DNA of 64,000 bases, from assembly GCA_951406725.2 (NCBI GenBank), contig OX597825.1, forward strand, positions 60,636,001 to 60,700,000, written 5' to 3'. A program made the translations under genes and the position numbers. Within the stretch, counting starts at the first letter, position 1. Every line of letters starts with the position of its first letter. This document shows, one piece after another, positions 36,345 through 48,300 of the stretch. The notes under the pieces are model-generated. The model did not search any database, was not told the origin of the DNA, and saw only the letters and a list, made by a program, of their open reading frames with translations. Source of the DNA: Octopus vulgaris (Eukaryota).

Positions 36345-36878
36345 TTGACACCCATATTGGAGTATGGGATTCAAGCTTCTTCTCCTTATCTCCTCAAAGA
36401 CATACAGCATCTCGAAAGAGTCCAGAAGCTGGCTACCCGCATGGTTCTTGGTCTCAAGAATTTGTCTTATGAAGAAAGGCTGAAGACGCTCGACCTTTAT
36501 TCTCTAGAAAAACGACGACGCCGTGGAGATCTCATTCTTGCTCACAACATCATAAGGGAAAGTGTAACCTTTCGAAAGAGCTGTTCTTCACTCCTGCTCC
36601 AGAGCGTCGGCTGTGGGATCATTCCGAAAAGCTCTATCTGCGACGATTTCATCTCAATCGAAGGAGAGGGGCTTTCTCTGTCCGGGTTGCGGATCCGTGG
36701 AATAAGCTGCCAGACGAGATGGTGATGATGCCGATGACCGCTCGATTCAAAGTCTCCCTTGACCTCAAGTGGCCTGAACTCTTTACATGAACACCACCCT
36801 GTACATAACTCCATGTCCCCCTACATGGCCTTGCTTTTTGCTTTTTAAGCCAAAAAATTAACTAACTAACTAACTAAT
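36345..36878 (+). mobile_element. CR1-clade LINE 3' fragment with (TAAC)n tail
   Basis: PILEYGIQASSPYLLKDIQHLERVQKLATRMVLGLKNLSYEERLKTLDLYSLEKRRRRGDLI, a frameshift, then PWNKLP. The short 3' UTR ends attaactaactaactaac. Confidence 0.9.
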
Positions 36879-37447
36879 ATATTTACTGCTGGTAATCTAA
36901 CAGTAAATGAGACCGGCTTCAAATGAAGATAAGCGATAATATTAAGAATCGCCTATTCTCCGAAATTAACCTGACATTGCGGAAAAGATATTCTGATTGT
37001 CTGGCGTGGCGGAAAATGAGTGGAGGAAAACAGCGTTTCGAAACGAACATTTTCTAAGGTGTTTAATAAACTAAGAGCCACGCCCAATTACGGAAGAAAT
37101 TACTTTTACCATTTCTCCATGGCTAGATCAATAAAATAGCTGAAATGATTTCATTGGCTAAATCCATTACAATTAGTGATGCAGTTTTGTTTCCGTCCAA
37201 AGACTGAAAGCAGTAAAAGAACCACACAATTGCTGGGATTGTTTCACCGCGTTTGTAATGGTCTATCCACAAAAACAACTCATTCAATTGATACGTTAGT
37301 TCAAGCGTTTTCAGAAATTTTAATCGATGTTAGCTTGGGGATATTTTTCAATATTCTCTAGAAATTTTGATCTATTGTGATCTTCACTAAGTGAATTACT
37401 CCCGAGAACGTATTTTAATTTCAAATGGAAAATGTATTCCTTTTGTT

Positions 37448-37482
<35 letters not shown>

Positions 37483-37528
37483 ATATGTACAAACACACAC
37501 ATATTATATATATATTAAACATACACAT

Positions 37529-37574
<46 letters not shown>

Positions 37575-37619
37575 TTGTATGTAATTATGTATGTATGTAT
37601 GTATCTATCTATCTATCTA

Positions 37620-37668
<49 letters not shown>

Positions 37669-37670
<2 letters not shown>

Positions 37671-37974
37671 AGGCACAATGGATCAATGGTTAGATCACCG
37701 GACTCGCGGTTACAGGATTGCGGTTTCGATTTCCAGACCGGGCGTTGTGAGTGTTTATTGAGCGAAAACACCTAAAGCTCCACGAGGCTCCGGCAGGGTG
37801 CAGTGGTGATCTCTGCTGTACTCTTTCGCCACAACTTTCTTTCATTATTTTTCTTGTTGGTCTGCTCGCTTAGACAGCGGGGTGGCGTCATTTGAAGGCT
37901 AAAACAATGCGAAGCGCATTGTGGCCAGCGATGTGTAGCAACTCTGATAGCTTGGTCCGTCTCGGTGATCTCGG

Positions 37975-37980
<6 letters not shown>
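37669..37980 (+). mobile_element. SINE family C, tail type 1
   Basis: Full head ggaggcacaatgg...ggtttcgatttcc with the same tail as 1-255. Inserted in (TA)n. Confidence 0.88.
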
Positions 37981-38031
<51 letters not shown>

Positions 38032-38120
38032 CAATAAATATATCAATAGAGGATACGGAGACTAGTGTATCTTCAAAATGTATATCCTTTTACGGTATGT
38101 TATATGTATGTGTTTGTGTG

Positions 38121-38155
<35 letters not shown>

Positions 38156-38779
38156 ATGTGCACGTTGCTATATCACCATATATCACGGGATAGGAATAAC
38201 CTTCGTAAACCTATCTACAGGCATATATTTAGTAAATATTTATATAGCATCACTTTGTAAATGCACCCACAATCTTTGAACCCAAGATGAAATGTGTTAC
38301 CAATTAGTTTCAGCTTTCTTCAAGACACTCATGCGAACTCAAAGAACTTTCTACAATATAAAATAAAACGGCAGCAATGTTCCGAAAGAAGGAAGCATTT
38401 ACGTCCTTCGATATCCAATTACGAAAAAAATTCTTTACATTCTTCCGTTAGTTTATATATCCTTATGAGATCTATTATCATTCAAATACGGTTGTAGTTT
38501 AATAACATTTACTCATACGCAGCATCTTTCATAGCTTGTCGCTAATTGAGTTCTTAGCCAACTTGAAACTGTTAACATGTTTGAAGAGGACTTATCCCTA
38601 GGTACATTTTGGCATAAAAAATTGAGATTTGATGCAGTAGAAAAAGGTTTACAAAAATTAGTAGCAACGTTATAAAAGAGTAAGTAACGCCAACACTCAA
38701 TGTTAGAAAAATCATGAAGAATTTTATAGTTTTGGTCGCATGCAACAAAAATTTGTTTTAAAAAAATTGTTGGGTACAA

Positions 38780-38945
38780 TACCATTATCTACACTAGGCA
38801 CAAAGTTTTGAGGGAGGAGACCAGTCGATGAGATACACAAGTCAAAGTCGACCGTGGCGGAATTTGAACGCAGAACGTAGCGACGGGCGAAATACTGCTA
38901 GGCGTTTCGTCCATCGTGTTAACGATTCTGCCAGCTCACCGCCTT
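38780..38945 (-). mobile_element. SINE family B with internal deletion
   Basis: Reverse strand aaggcggtgagctggcagaatcgttaacacg...ttcaaattccgccacggtcgactttg...tttgtgcctagtgtag. Confidence 0.8.
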
Positions 38946-39274
38946 TGTGAGGTAAAATATCACAAAAAAAATATAAGGCAAAAATTGGATTTAAGTACAG
39001 CTAACTTTTTTATTTTAAAAGCAAACTACATTTTAATTAAGCTTAAATTATAGAGGTCAATTCGAGGAATTTCCTGGTATCAATTTCATGCAATGACGTT
39101 TTAAACGAAAATGGTCTTTGTTTCTCAAATTTGATGGTGATAATGTAGTTCTATACGTTTTTATGAATATAGTTCTATAAGGTTACTTTTATATATGTTA
39201 CTGGCGTCATTGAGGTAAGGAAAAAATTATCAACGACATCGCATAATAGCTTAGCCTGGAAAAAACATGGATTA

Positions 39275-40119
39275 CATGGAAAATTGCGAGCAAGAGAAAT
39301 AATATTCTTAATATTATAAAACTGGAAAATTACAGGACAAGTTCAGGACAGCTTACTACATCTGGTAAAGTACAGACAAGAAAATTTTACTTAAAATATT
39401 GCAGCTAAGGATAAAATTTGAATATCAAATATTATTTAATTTTAATTTACAAAGTAACATAATTAAAAAAAGGTACCATCATTTTCGAAAAAATATTGAC
39501 ACAATAGAATACTTAAAAAATGAAAGTCAGAAGTACCAATATAGCTAATGGCTTATGCAAAGTATAATAGTATATATGGTAGGCAAATTCATTATGTAAA
39601 AAATAGGCATTAGCTCAAGACTAAAAATGTGAAGAATTGGCAAGCAAATTTTACTGTGAATTTGTTGTTATAGTTAAATTTTACTGTGATATATAACCAT
39701 TTTTTGTATTATTCTATCTATTGTACTACCTAATTATGTACTACTATTATTTTTTATAACTTATTTTCAAATTTCTAATTATTAATTAATAATTAAAAAA
39801 TGAATTTTTTTAAAGTGCAAAAAGTTTTTGTTAATTGAGTTACTTTTAATTTTTAATTGAAGTAACAAGTAATAACAAATAGAAATAATAACTTGTAATA
39901 AAATTTTTAGCTTTAATAAAAACTAATATTTTCTGAATCTAAATATTTTATTTGAAATTTTATCATTAGCTGCAATATTTTACGTAAAAAATTTCTTGTT
40001 CTGTACTTTACCAGATGTAATAAATTGTCCTGAACTTTTCCAAGTGTAATAACCTATCCTGTAATTTTCCATGTTCATAATCTTAAGAATAATATTTCTT
40101 TTGCTCGCATTTTTCCATG
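39275..40119. mobile_element. Foldback-like element with ~165-180 bp inverted arms and an AT-rich spacer
   Basis: 39275-39435 (catggaaaattgcgagcaa...catctggtaaagtacag...aatattgcagctaaggataaaattt) is the reverse complement of 39941-40119, apart from one ~20 bp indel. Confidence 0.8.
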
Positions 40120-40134
40120 AAATATATAACAAAT

Positions 40135-40448
40135 GGAGGCGCAATGGCCCTGTGGTTAGGGCAGCAGACTCACGGTCGGAGGATTGTAGTTTCCATTCCC
40201 AGACCGGGCGCTGTGTGTGTTTATTGAGCCAAAACACCTAAAAGCTCCACGAGCCTCCAGCAGGGGATGGTGGTGACCCCTGTTGTACTCTTTCGCCACA
40301 ACTTTCTCTCACTCTCTCTTCCTGTTTCTTGAGTAACGCTGCGATGGACTGGCGTACCGTCCAGCTGGGGGGGAACACATACGCCACAGAAACCGGGAAA
40401 CCGGGTCCATGAGCCTGGCTAAGCTTGAAAAGGGCGAAAGAAAAGAGG
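40135..40448 (+). mobile_element. SINE family C, tail type 3, with 11 bp TSD
   Basis: TSD aatatataaca at 40121-40131 and 40449-40459. Tail ttgagtaacgctgcgatggactggcgtaccgtccag...gaaaccgggaaaccggg. Confidence 0.92.
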
Positions 40449-40973
40449 AATATATAACATTGGCAAGAATGCTTAGAAACTTCTAGAATTCCTCAACAGA
40501 TGCAAGAAATATTTCAACGCTGATTATTTACATGATATCTACTAACTTAATAAGGACCTATCATACAGTACGTTTCTCATGTACCGTTTGTTGGGGGCAC
40601 CCATTAACACACCAGCACATTCTTTCCACTATTGCCGCCGTCCCAGATTTCTTTCCTTCCTCCAGCTCTTTCTAAAGTATAAAGAGACGTTAACATTTTA
40701 AAATGAAATTTTGCATTAAACAATTATGTTATTGTATCCTCTCCTGGTTCTAATCATCTGAAGTTTTCGCACTGCTATGAATTTTCTACAGCCCTTTCAT
40801 TACAGATGAGCTTCAACTACATACATTCCACTTGTGCGGGAAAGGGCCAGCAGGGTTTAAATACACTGCTTCTTTTACCTGGCATCTTATAAAACAAATA
40901 GTTAATGCTTAAAAGTTCTTAAGATGAGAAGATACCTTTATGAAATATCACCAAATGAGATTTATTTTCAACA

Positions 40974-41392
40974 TAGGCGCAGGAGTGGCTGTGTGGTAAG
41001 TAGCTTGCTAAACAACCACATGGTTCCGTGTTCAGTCCCACTGCGTGGCATCTTGGGCAAGTGTCATCTGCTATAGTCCCGGGCCGACCAATGCCTTGTG
41101 AGTGGATTTGGTAGACGGAAACTGAAAGAAGCCTGTCGTATATATGTATATATATATAAGTGTGTGTGTATCTGTTTGTGTGTCTGTGTTTGTCCCCCTA
41201 GCATTGCTTGACAACCGATGCTGGTGTGTTTATGTCCCCGTCACTTAGCGGTTCGGCAAAAGACACCGCTAGAATAAGTACTGGGCTTACAAAGAATAAG
41301 TCCCGGGGTAGATTTGCTCGACTAAAGGCGGTGCTCCAGCATGGCCGCAGTCAAATGACTGAAACAAGTAAAAGAGTAAAGAGTAAAGAGTA
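40974..41392 (+). mobile_element. SINE family A, near-consensus, inserted in mariner
   Basis: taggcgcaggagtggctgtgtggtaag...gaaacaagtaaaagagtaaagagtaaagag. Confidence 0.92.
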
Positions 41393-42365
41393 TACTTCAT
41401 CTTGCTTCCCTCATAACTCTTCTATCTGTGTTGCTGTGGTTGGATCCTATTGGTGAAATAGCTTGCATCATGTTCGTCAAAAATTTCATCAACAGCATAT
41501 ATGACGTCATCATCACTGTGATACCGGTTTCCAGTCAAATGTTTTGTCATGTTGGTTAACACATTATATTCAGATAGAGTCAAATCAGGAGAATAGGGAA
41601 AATGATCAACCATCGCAAAGCCAGAATCACGCACAACAGCCATTGGAATCCATGGGTTGTGTGCCAGAGTATTGTCTTCATAAAACAAGATACCTCTCCT
41701 CGGTTTTCTTGGCCGTTTGGTATGGCAGCCATTCGTATCTGCCTCAGGAAGGTGGCATAGAGCTCCCCGACCCCGTTGATGTTGTGACCGTTTTCAAGAT
41801 AATAAACAGAAGGCCTTTTGCATCTATAAAGGATGAAGCAATTAAATTCCCCTGCAGATGAAACGGCCTTAGCCTTCTGTAAAACAAGTTAGGAGGGGAG
41901 TTTCCACTGCATGTGATGAACCCTGGACACAACCTGACTAAGGAAATGTTCAAGGAAACCAGCTTGACCCACTTTAATCAATCTCAGATTTTGCCATGAT
42001 CTGATCAGTTATGTGTGCTTTTAATCACGTGTCAGACGACGTAGCATCCACCGAGCAGGGACCTTCGTCATGACAAATTCATTGTGCAGAATATTCTCAA
42101 ATCTCACACGGGATATACTAATTGAAGTGTTTTTTTTAATTTGTCAACCGCCTGTTATCCATAAGCATACTGTAAACAGGACCAATGTTTTTCTCGGCGG
42201 TGGTAGTTAGTTGCACGATGTCCAGACCTTGGGTCATCTTCGAGACTCTCTCATCCCTCCCTAGTTCAGCTGCCCACTTTTGCACTGTTGATAAAGTTGG
42301 AATGTCATCCTCCAATGTGGCAAGCATGCCAGTATGAATGTCCTTGATAATGTCCATTGATAATA

Positions 42366-42598
42366 CCTATTTTTTATTGCCCACAAGGGGCTAAACACAG
42401 AGCGGACAAACAAGGACAGACATAGGTATTAAGTCGATTACATCGACCCCAGTGCGTAACTGGTACTTAATTTATCGACCCCGAAAGGATGAAAGGCAAA
42501 GTCGACCTCGGCGGAATTTGAACTCACAACGTAACGCAGACGAAATACCGCTAAGCATTTCGCCCGGCGTGCTAACGTTTCTGCCAGCTCGCCGCCTT
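42366..42598 (-). mobile_element. SINE family B monomer with 10 bp TSD, inserted in mariner
   Basis: TSD attgataata at 42356-42365 and 42599-42608. Confidence 0.92.
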
Positions 42599-45318
42599 AT
42601 TGATAATATCACGATGCGAAATTTTATCCATTTTCAAAAGAGTCGCTACCAATTACATTTGAAGTTTTCCTTGAACAGTGAAATTCCAGCCTAACTGGAA
42701 AAGAAAGAATTGGGTTATTAATAAGTAGAAATATCGCAACTTTAGCATCACAGCTCTAGTCGACGCTTGTCCATTAAATTAGTTTTGTGGATTAAAATAT
42801 GAAGTTGTTCAGTTTTAGTAGAGCACTACTTAAAACTATTTGCTAAGATTACCCATTTCTTGCTTATATTCAACATTTCTCTATTAAAGTGAGTCGATTC
42901 TCTGACTAAAGTTTCGTTTCTGTTTCGCGCTAACTTTCATTTATCGAGTTATGGCCATGGGAAACATGTTCTATAATTTAATTTGCCTTTCCTGTACATT
43001 TGTAGAATTATACCTAAATAACAAATCATTCCTATTAGATTCGAATTGCCTGAAGTGCCAACACTGGAAAATTTCATTACCCTTTTATTTCCCTTATGCT
43101 CCTGATAAACACAGAAAGGCATGATTATCACGCAATTCTATTTATTCTTGCAGATAATTTTGAGGCTTTCTTCCAATAGCAATTTTAAACTCCCGAGAGA
43201 AATTATTATCTCCTAGTAAACACAGACTACTACACAGTTTTGATTTCTAATCAATAACAATAGACATCATTTACATCAGCATTGTTGTTGAGAAGTTTTC
43301 TCATTTTAGCTTCTCTTTTTCTATTCAAAATGTCATCATACTGCCTGGCAGCTGTCTTTAGATAGCTATTTATTACTTATCATTCAGATATATAACCTCT
43401 GCACTCAACCTTATGAATCAAAAGGTAGGCTACCCAATTATATTCTGTCCTAGGTATAAGACTAAAGTTTTTAAGTGGAGGATAACATAATACCTAATAT
43501 ACAGGCATAGACATAAAGGAAGGGGCCATGATAATTTGTTTTATTGAACCTAGAAATCTACATGGACTAGATTTGATTTTAGAATATAAAATAGATGGAA
43601 CTACTTCGTGCAATACATTTGCTCCGTCGCTCTCCAAATTCTAACACGCTTCACCTTTAAGGGAGCGATGTTACAAACAGAATTCTTGAAGTGCTTTAAA
43701 GTACAGCTCTATCAACCTCAATATAATGAATGGGAAATTAGATCCCTAACGTATTTGAGATCGCAGTCATTAAGAAATGAACGTAAATCTCTAAATTTTG
43801 CATAATACTACACCAGTAAATGTGTTGTAGAAAACTCTCGAAGAACTTTATGTTTGTGTTGCATGTCACGTCCAAGATAACGTGCCAGATCTCCATCGTA
43901 AAATAATATTGACTCGGGTAGATAAGTGTAATAATATTAACTGTGGATGTTATTATGAAAGGAGCTGAAATATCTCCGCAGGGAATCGTATGTGTTGACT
44001 CTAAGCTTGCCACCACTCTGCAACAATAAAACTAAAGATTGTACGATAATTAATACCCTAGCTCAACTATTTCTATAACGATAAACTAATATATCCTATA
44101 CGAATTCTATTCTCTCGCATTAAGATTAACCTTTTATATTCTCAAAGATTGTATGTTGCAAAGCAAATAATATTTTATTACTGACTTCTAAATCTTAGAT
44201 TAGAGCAGAACAATCGATCAACGCGTAAACAGCATCGGATTGTTGAGATTGCATAAATAATCCATTTTCCTATATTTATATAGTATATGATCTCTCAGAA
44301 TAATGAGATTATGTGCAAAACTATTGTAGCAGAAAAGCTAATATATCAGGTATGTATGTTAACTAACTCTAATATTTTTGAAGTACTGAATGACGTGCGT
44401 CGTAAAGCAAGGAATTTACAGTTGAATGGATCGCTGCGCCGTTTTATTTTCCCGGCGTTGAAAATGTTTGTAATGTAGATTATTGATAAGCTTCAAGGAA
44501 CACATAGGCGGTTTCAATTCATGATCGGGGTCGGTTTTACTTCTCTTGCAACTAATGCCTTTAGAAAATTCATGATTGTCGGATCTTATTTTTTCCACCC
44601 AATCCTTATATGGATTACCTCATTATTATTTCTGTTCAAAAGGATACTTTTGATTTCATATCATAATTCCGTAGATGAAATACAATATATTTTTTGGCAA
44701 AGAAAATAAGGTGATGTAGTGCAGAGTTCGTAACAGTATTTTGTCTACAATGGTTCTAGCTCTGCAATTTTTAACCTGGGAATATTCCAGAATATCAAGA
44801 TATTCCACAGGGGAAATGTTTTTGCAGTTGATAAATTCTTAATCAATAAATCCACCTTTTCTACTGTGTTTAGTATGCTTAATTTTAATTTTCATAATGC
44901 TGATGTTAAATTTGCATAAAGCTGATGGTATAATGCAATAAATTGGGTCACATACAAAGTAACTATTTATAATCATATGTAAGGGAAATCAATCTGAACA
45001 GTGAGCCGTGTAATGGGAAGATACAGGAAAACATTAACATTATATTAGAGGAAAATGTATATGTATATGCAACTAAATCTCTATTAACTACGAACCCATA
45101 AAGAAGTATTATCCTTACCAGAATTAGAATCCTTATGAAGGACAAATTATGCACTATCACTGAATGATATAGTATATGCAGCAAAAACACCATTAATCAA
45201 GTAAGCGAGAAGCAGAATTTCGGCTAATGACATTTCAATGATTTACAACGTAGAACGACAACACAATGATATGAAATATTCACAGTCAACAAGCAAATCA
45301 AATGTATACATCTATCAT

Positions 45319-45444
45319 CATCTGTCTACCAGATATCATTAGCTGTCTTACCGGATATCCTCAGCTGTCTACAGGATATCCTCATATGTCTACAGGATAT
45401 TCTCAGCTGTCTACAGGATATCCTCGGCTGTCTACCGGATATCA
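45319..45444. repeat. 21 bp minisatellite, about 6 copies
   Basis: Unit tcctcagctgtctacaggata with variants. Confidence 0.9.
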
Positions 45445-46259
45445 CCAAAGCAGTACTACTCCATCCGACAGCGTTAACACTGATATAAACATAAACGCCG
45501 CTTGGGAATTAATGGACAAAAAGCTGTTAAAAATACAAAAACAAACCAACATCAAAGCACAGAAATTAAAAATATAATATATTGAAAACAGAAATACCTT
45601 CCAAATGGACATTGCCTACATTAGTATTGTATGACTTGAAAATATAGAACGTTAAAAGAAGCTTGGCAACTAAAGATATTAAGCAAAATCTATTAAGCTT
45701 AGTCGAAAACACACGTTGCCAATACATAAAATGAAAGATAGTAACAATCTAGTGAATAATCATAAAGATTAATTAAAAAATTTAAACCGATAGGCATTAT
45801 TGCTACCCAAGAAACTATAATTTACATTTAAAACAAGGAAAGAATTAAAACGAACCAAACGTAAACTAACATAATATCATATTATTTTAACAGACTTTTG
45901 TCGTCTTAAAACAAAACGGTATTGGAATGAAACAATGTAGACCAATATCTTTTGAATATAATCCTTAATAATAGAAAATATATTTTATAGAATATTTTTT
46001 ACTTAAACACACATAAAAATGACTAAAGCACTCCGATCGTAACGAAAATACTCGCTAACATAATTATATATGAAAATATGATTAAAACGAACTAAATGTA
46101 AATTAACTAAATGTAATTGCCTTAGACATGGAAGTGGATCGATGTATACCGATAACAACTATGTATAAACTTTAATTATAGAGAAGATTTAAACCATTAT
46201 TTTAAAGTAAACTAAAAGCATAAAACGTTTCATACACTATTCTCATTGTAAACTTATGT

Positions 46260-46960
46260 AGCACAGGAAGGGAAGTGTGATCACAGGCGGTTTGAGAGAA
46301 AAGAAAGAGTTGATTTGTAGATGTACAAGAGTAATTAGCAGCAAGAGTACTCTAAAGATAAATAATTCTTTCTATTTGTTAGAGGCTCAATTAACATAGT
46401 TGATTGATTGTGATAGAAGTGTAGAAGGATACTCCGAAAGTATATTAGCCAGAGAAAGAAAAGTATAAAACGTATAGGGAAGAATAACCTTCGTTATCAA
46501 CAAACAGATTTCCTCACCACCTGAAAGGCAGATTGTCATGATACTGATGCATGAAGTGTGATAGTGAGTTTCTAATACACAACTAGGTGAGAATGTATGA
46601 AGGCAGGACTTAATGATATGGGTATAATCCGGTTCATATAATGCCGGTGTATATGAAAAGATTACGGTTATTATAGAAATCACATGTAGTGTGCAGAAGA
46701 GAAGGACTGCATTGACTTGGACATGTGATGTATACAAAGAGCAACAGTTATATAAATAACTGATGAGTAATCAAAATAGCTGGAATCTGAGAAAATAGAA
46801 TATTAAAACAAAAGAAAGAATGAAAGAAATGATGAAAACTGACTTCAGAAATTCGGGAAGCTGAACATCATTAAAGATATGACAAGGGAATACAACAAGT
46901 AAAAAGATATGGAGGAAACCACTCTCCATCATGCAAACATATTTACATGAAAAACAACGT
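46260..46960 (+). mobile_element. Very decayed RTE-like LINE fragment (RT C-terminal region)
   Basis: Broken frames give GYSESILARERK, RFPHHLKGRL, ITCSVQK and LH*LGHVM (compare RRLxWxGHVxR). Confidence 0.55.
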
Positions 46961-47651
46961 AAAAGTATTAACAGAAACTGTGACAATAAAATATATATAC
47001 AAAATTACAAGTTACACAACATAACAATGGCGTCACTCCCCCATCTTGAATCGGTTTCCTTCCTTTCATTATTTGGAAAACGTTTGAAATAACTTACAGT
47101 ATTTGTTCCTATTCCAAGCTATCAAATTGCTATTTTCATTTTTTCTCGACTAGAAATTTCTTCAAATTTTCTCAAAATATCATAATAACTCTTCAAGGAA
47201 CAGTTACAGCATTTACCTAGCATTTTTCTAACATAACCCCGTTTTTTCAATTTGTATCAATAGCCTCTGAATTCTTTCTAAAATACACCAACCTCATTTA
47301 TATCGTACTTTTAGTAGAATAGCCCCTAGGACAAGGATGCAGGACAATTAGTTATTACCCTTATTATGAATACTAGTCATTAACATTCTACCCTCACAGA
47401 CTCTACGCGTATGTGTACCTTTGTCTCTCTCTGTTTATTCTTCCACTTCTTAACAACTAGTGTAACCTTCCCATGTAACATTAGTGGTTCGGCAAAAGTT
47501 TTTCACAAAATAATTACCCAATGTAAAAATACAAGTATTGTGGCCGACTTATTCGACTGAGAGCGTTCAATATGTGCTGCCCCCGCCCCAGGTGATATAT
47601 AATATATATATATATAATTATTTTAATTTACAAAACCTACCAAGGTGATAT

Positions 47652-47682
<31 letters not shown>

Positions 47683-47739
47683 TACATCTTAGACATATAT
47701 TCTAGAACTTGCATTTTTATATTTTCTGTTAGACCTACT

Positions 47740-48300
47740 CGTATTTAATTTTTCTATTCTAATTGTATTTCGTAAATATGTATTTATTCCTGTATGAGCA
47801 GAATAACCTCATTCTCTTTTACTGATGATAAGTTTATGCTTAGAAGTTATCTGGAAAATTTCCTCAACGCATAAATCACACTTCTTGTCGCCAATAATGT
47901 AAGATTTTACTCGGTTAATTACTTGCCATATTAACTTATATTCCTAGTTCTTATCTTTTGTCTTCCTTAGTAATCTGGCTAAGCTGTTGCTATCTATTTT
48001 ATTCTTGTCTTAAAAGGTGATTTTATGGCTAGCTATTCTGCTTTTTACGTAATTTTCAGTGGAACCTATAAAGTAATAATTTTGTCCCGCAGATTCTAAC
48101 TCATACCTATATATTAAACTTTTTTAGTTGCAAAAATGTTTTAAATGGCAATGATTTTTAAATTTACAATCGCAACTTTCCTTTTCAGCTTCCGCTTAAA
48201 TAATGCCGTGCTTATTTTCCCCGTCTATAGGGTTATTTCCATTTTCTTTATCTCTAATGTTTTGGTTCCTAACCAAATGTTGTTTTCGGGTACTCTGTTT
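47740..48300 (-). pseudogene. Penelope-like element GIY-YIG endonuclease remnant
   Basis: Reverse strand translates CDCKFKNHCHLKHFCN*KSLIYRYELESAGQNYYFIGSTENYVKSRIASHKITF...WQVI...CDLCVEE. It has a Cys-rich linker, IY/FIG motifs, R-x3-H and CxLCxxE. Confidence 0.8.

Larger units (their letters stand above)
40900..42740 (-). mobile_element. Decayed mariner (irritans/Hsmar2-like) split by two SINE insertions
   Basis: Remnants MLATLEDDIPTLSTVQKWAAE, DNRRLT, FIDAKGLLFI, EDNTLAH and HFPYSPDLTLSEY. The terminal tatgttgaaaataaa and 3' flank resume left of the SINE at 40974. Ends are approximate. Confidence 0.8.

Noticed and set aside
45319-45444. 21 bp repeats as a CRISPR array or a repeat protein (STGYPQL)
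   Set aside because: The units are contiguous with no spacers, there are no cas genes, the context is eukaryotic, and there is no splice or homology support. It is an ordinary minisatellite.
46755-46790. ctgatgagtaatcaaaatagct as a minimal hammerhead (similar string on the minus strand near 18080-18105)
   Set aside because: It lacks GAAAC and a cleavage triplet, and it lies inside a decayed LINE fragment. The 18.1 kb string needs three core changes.
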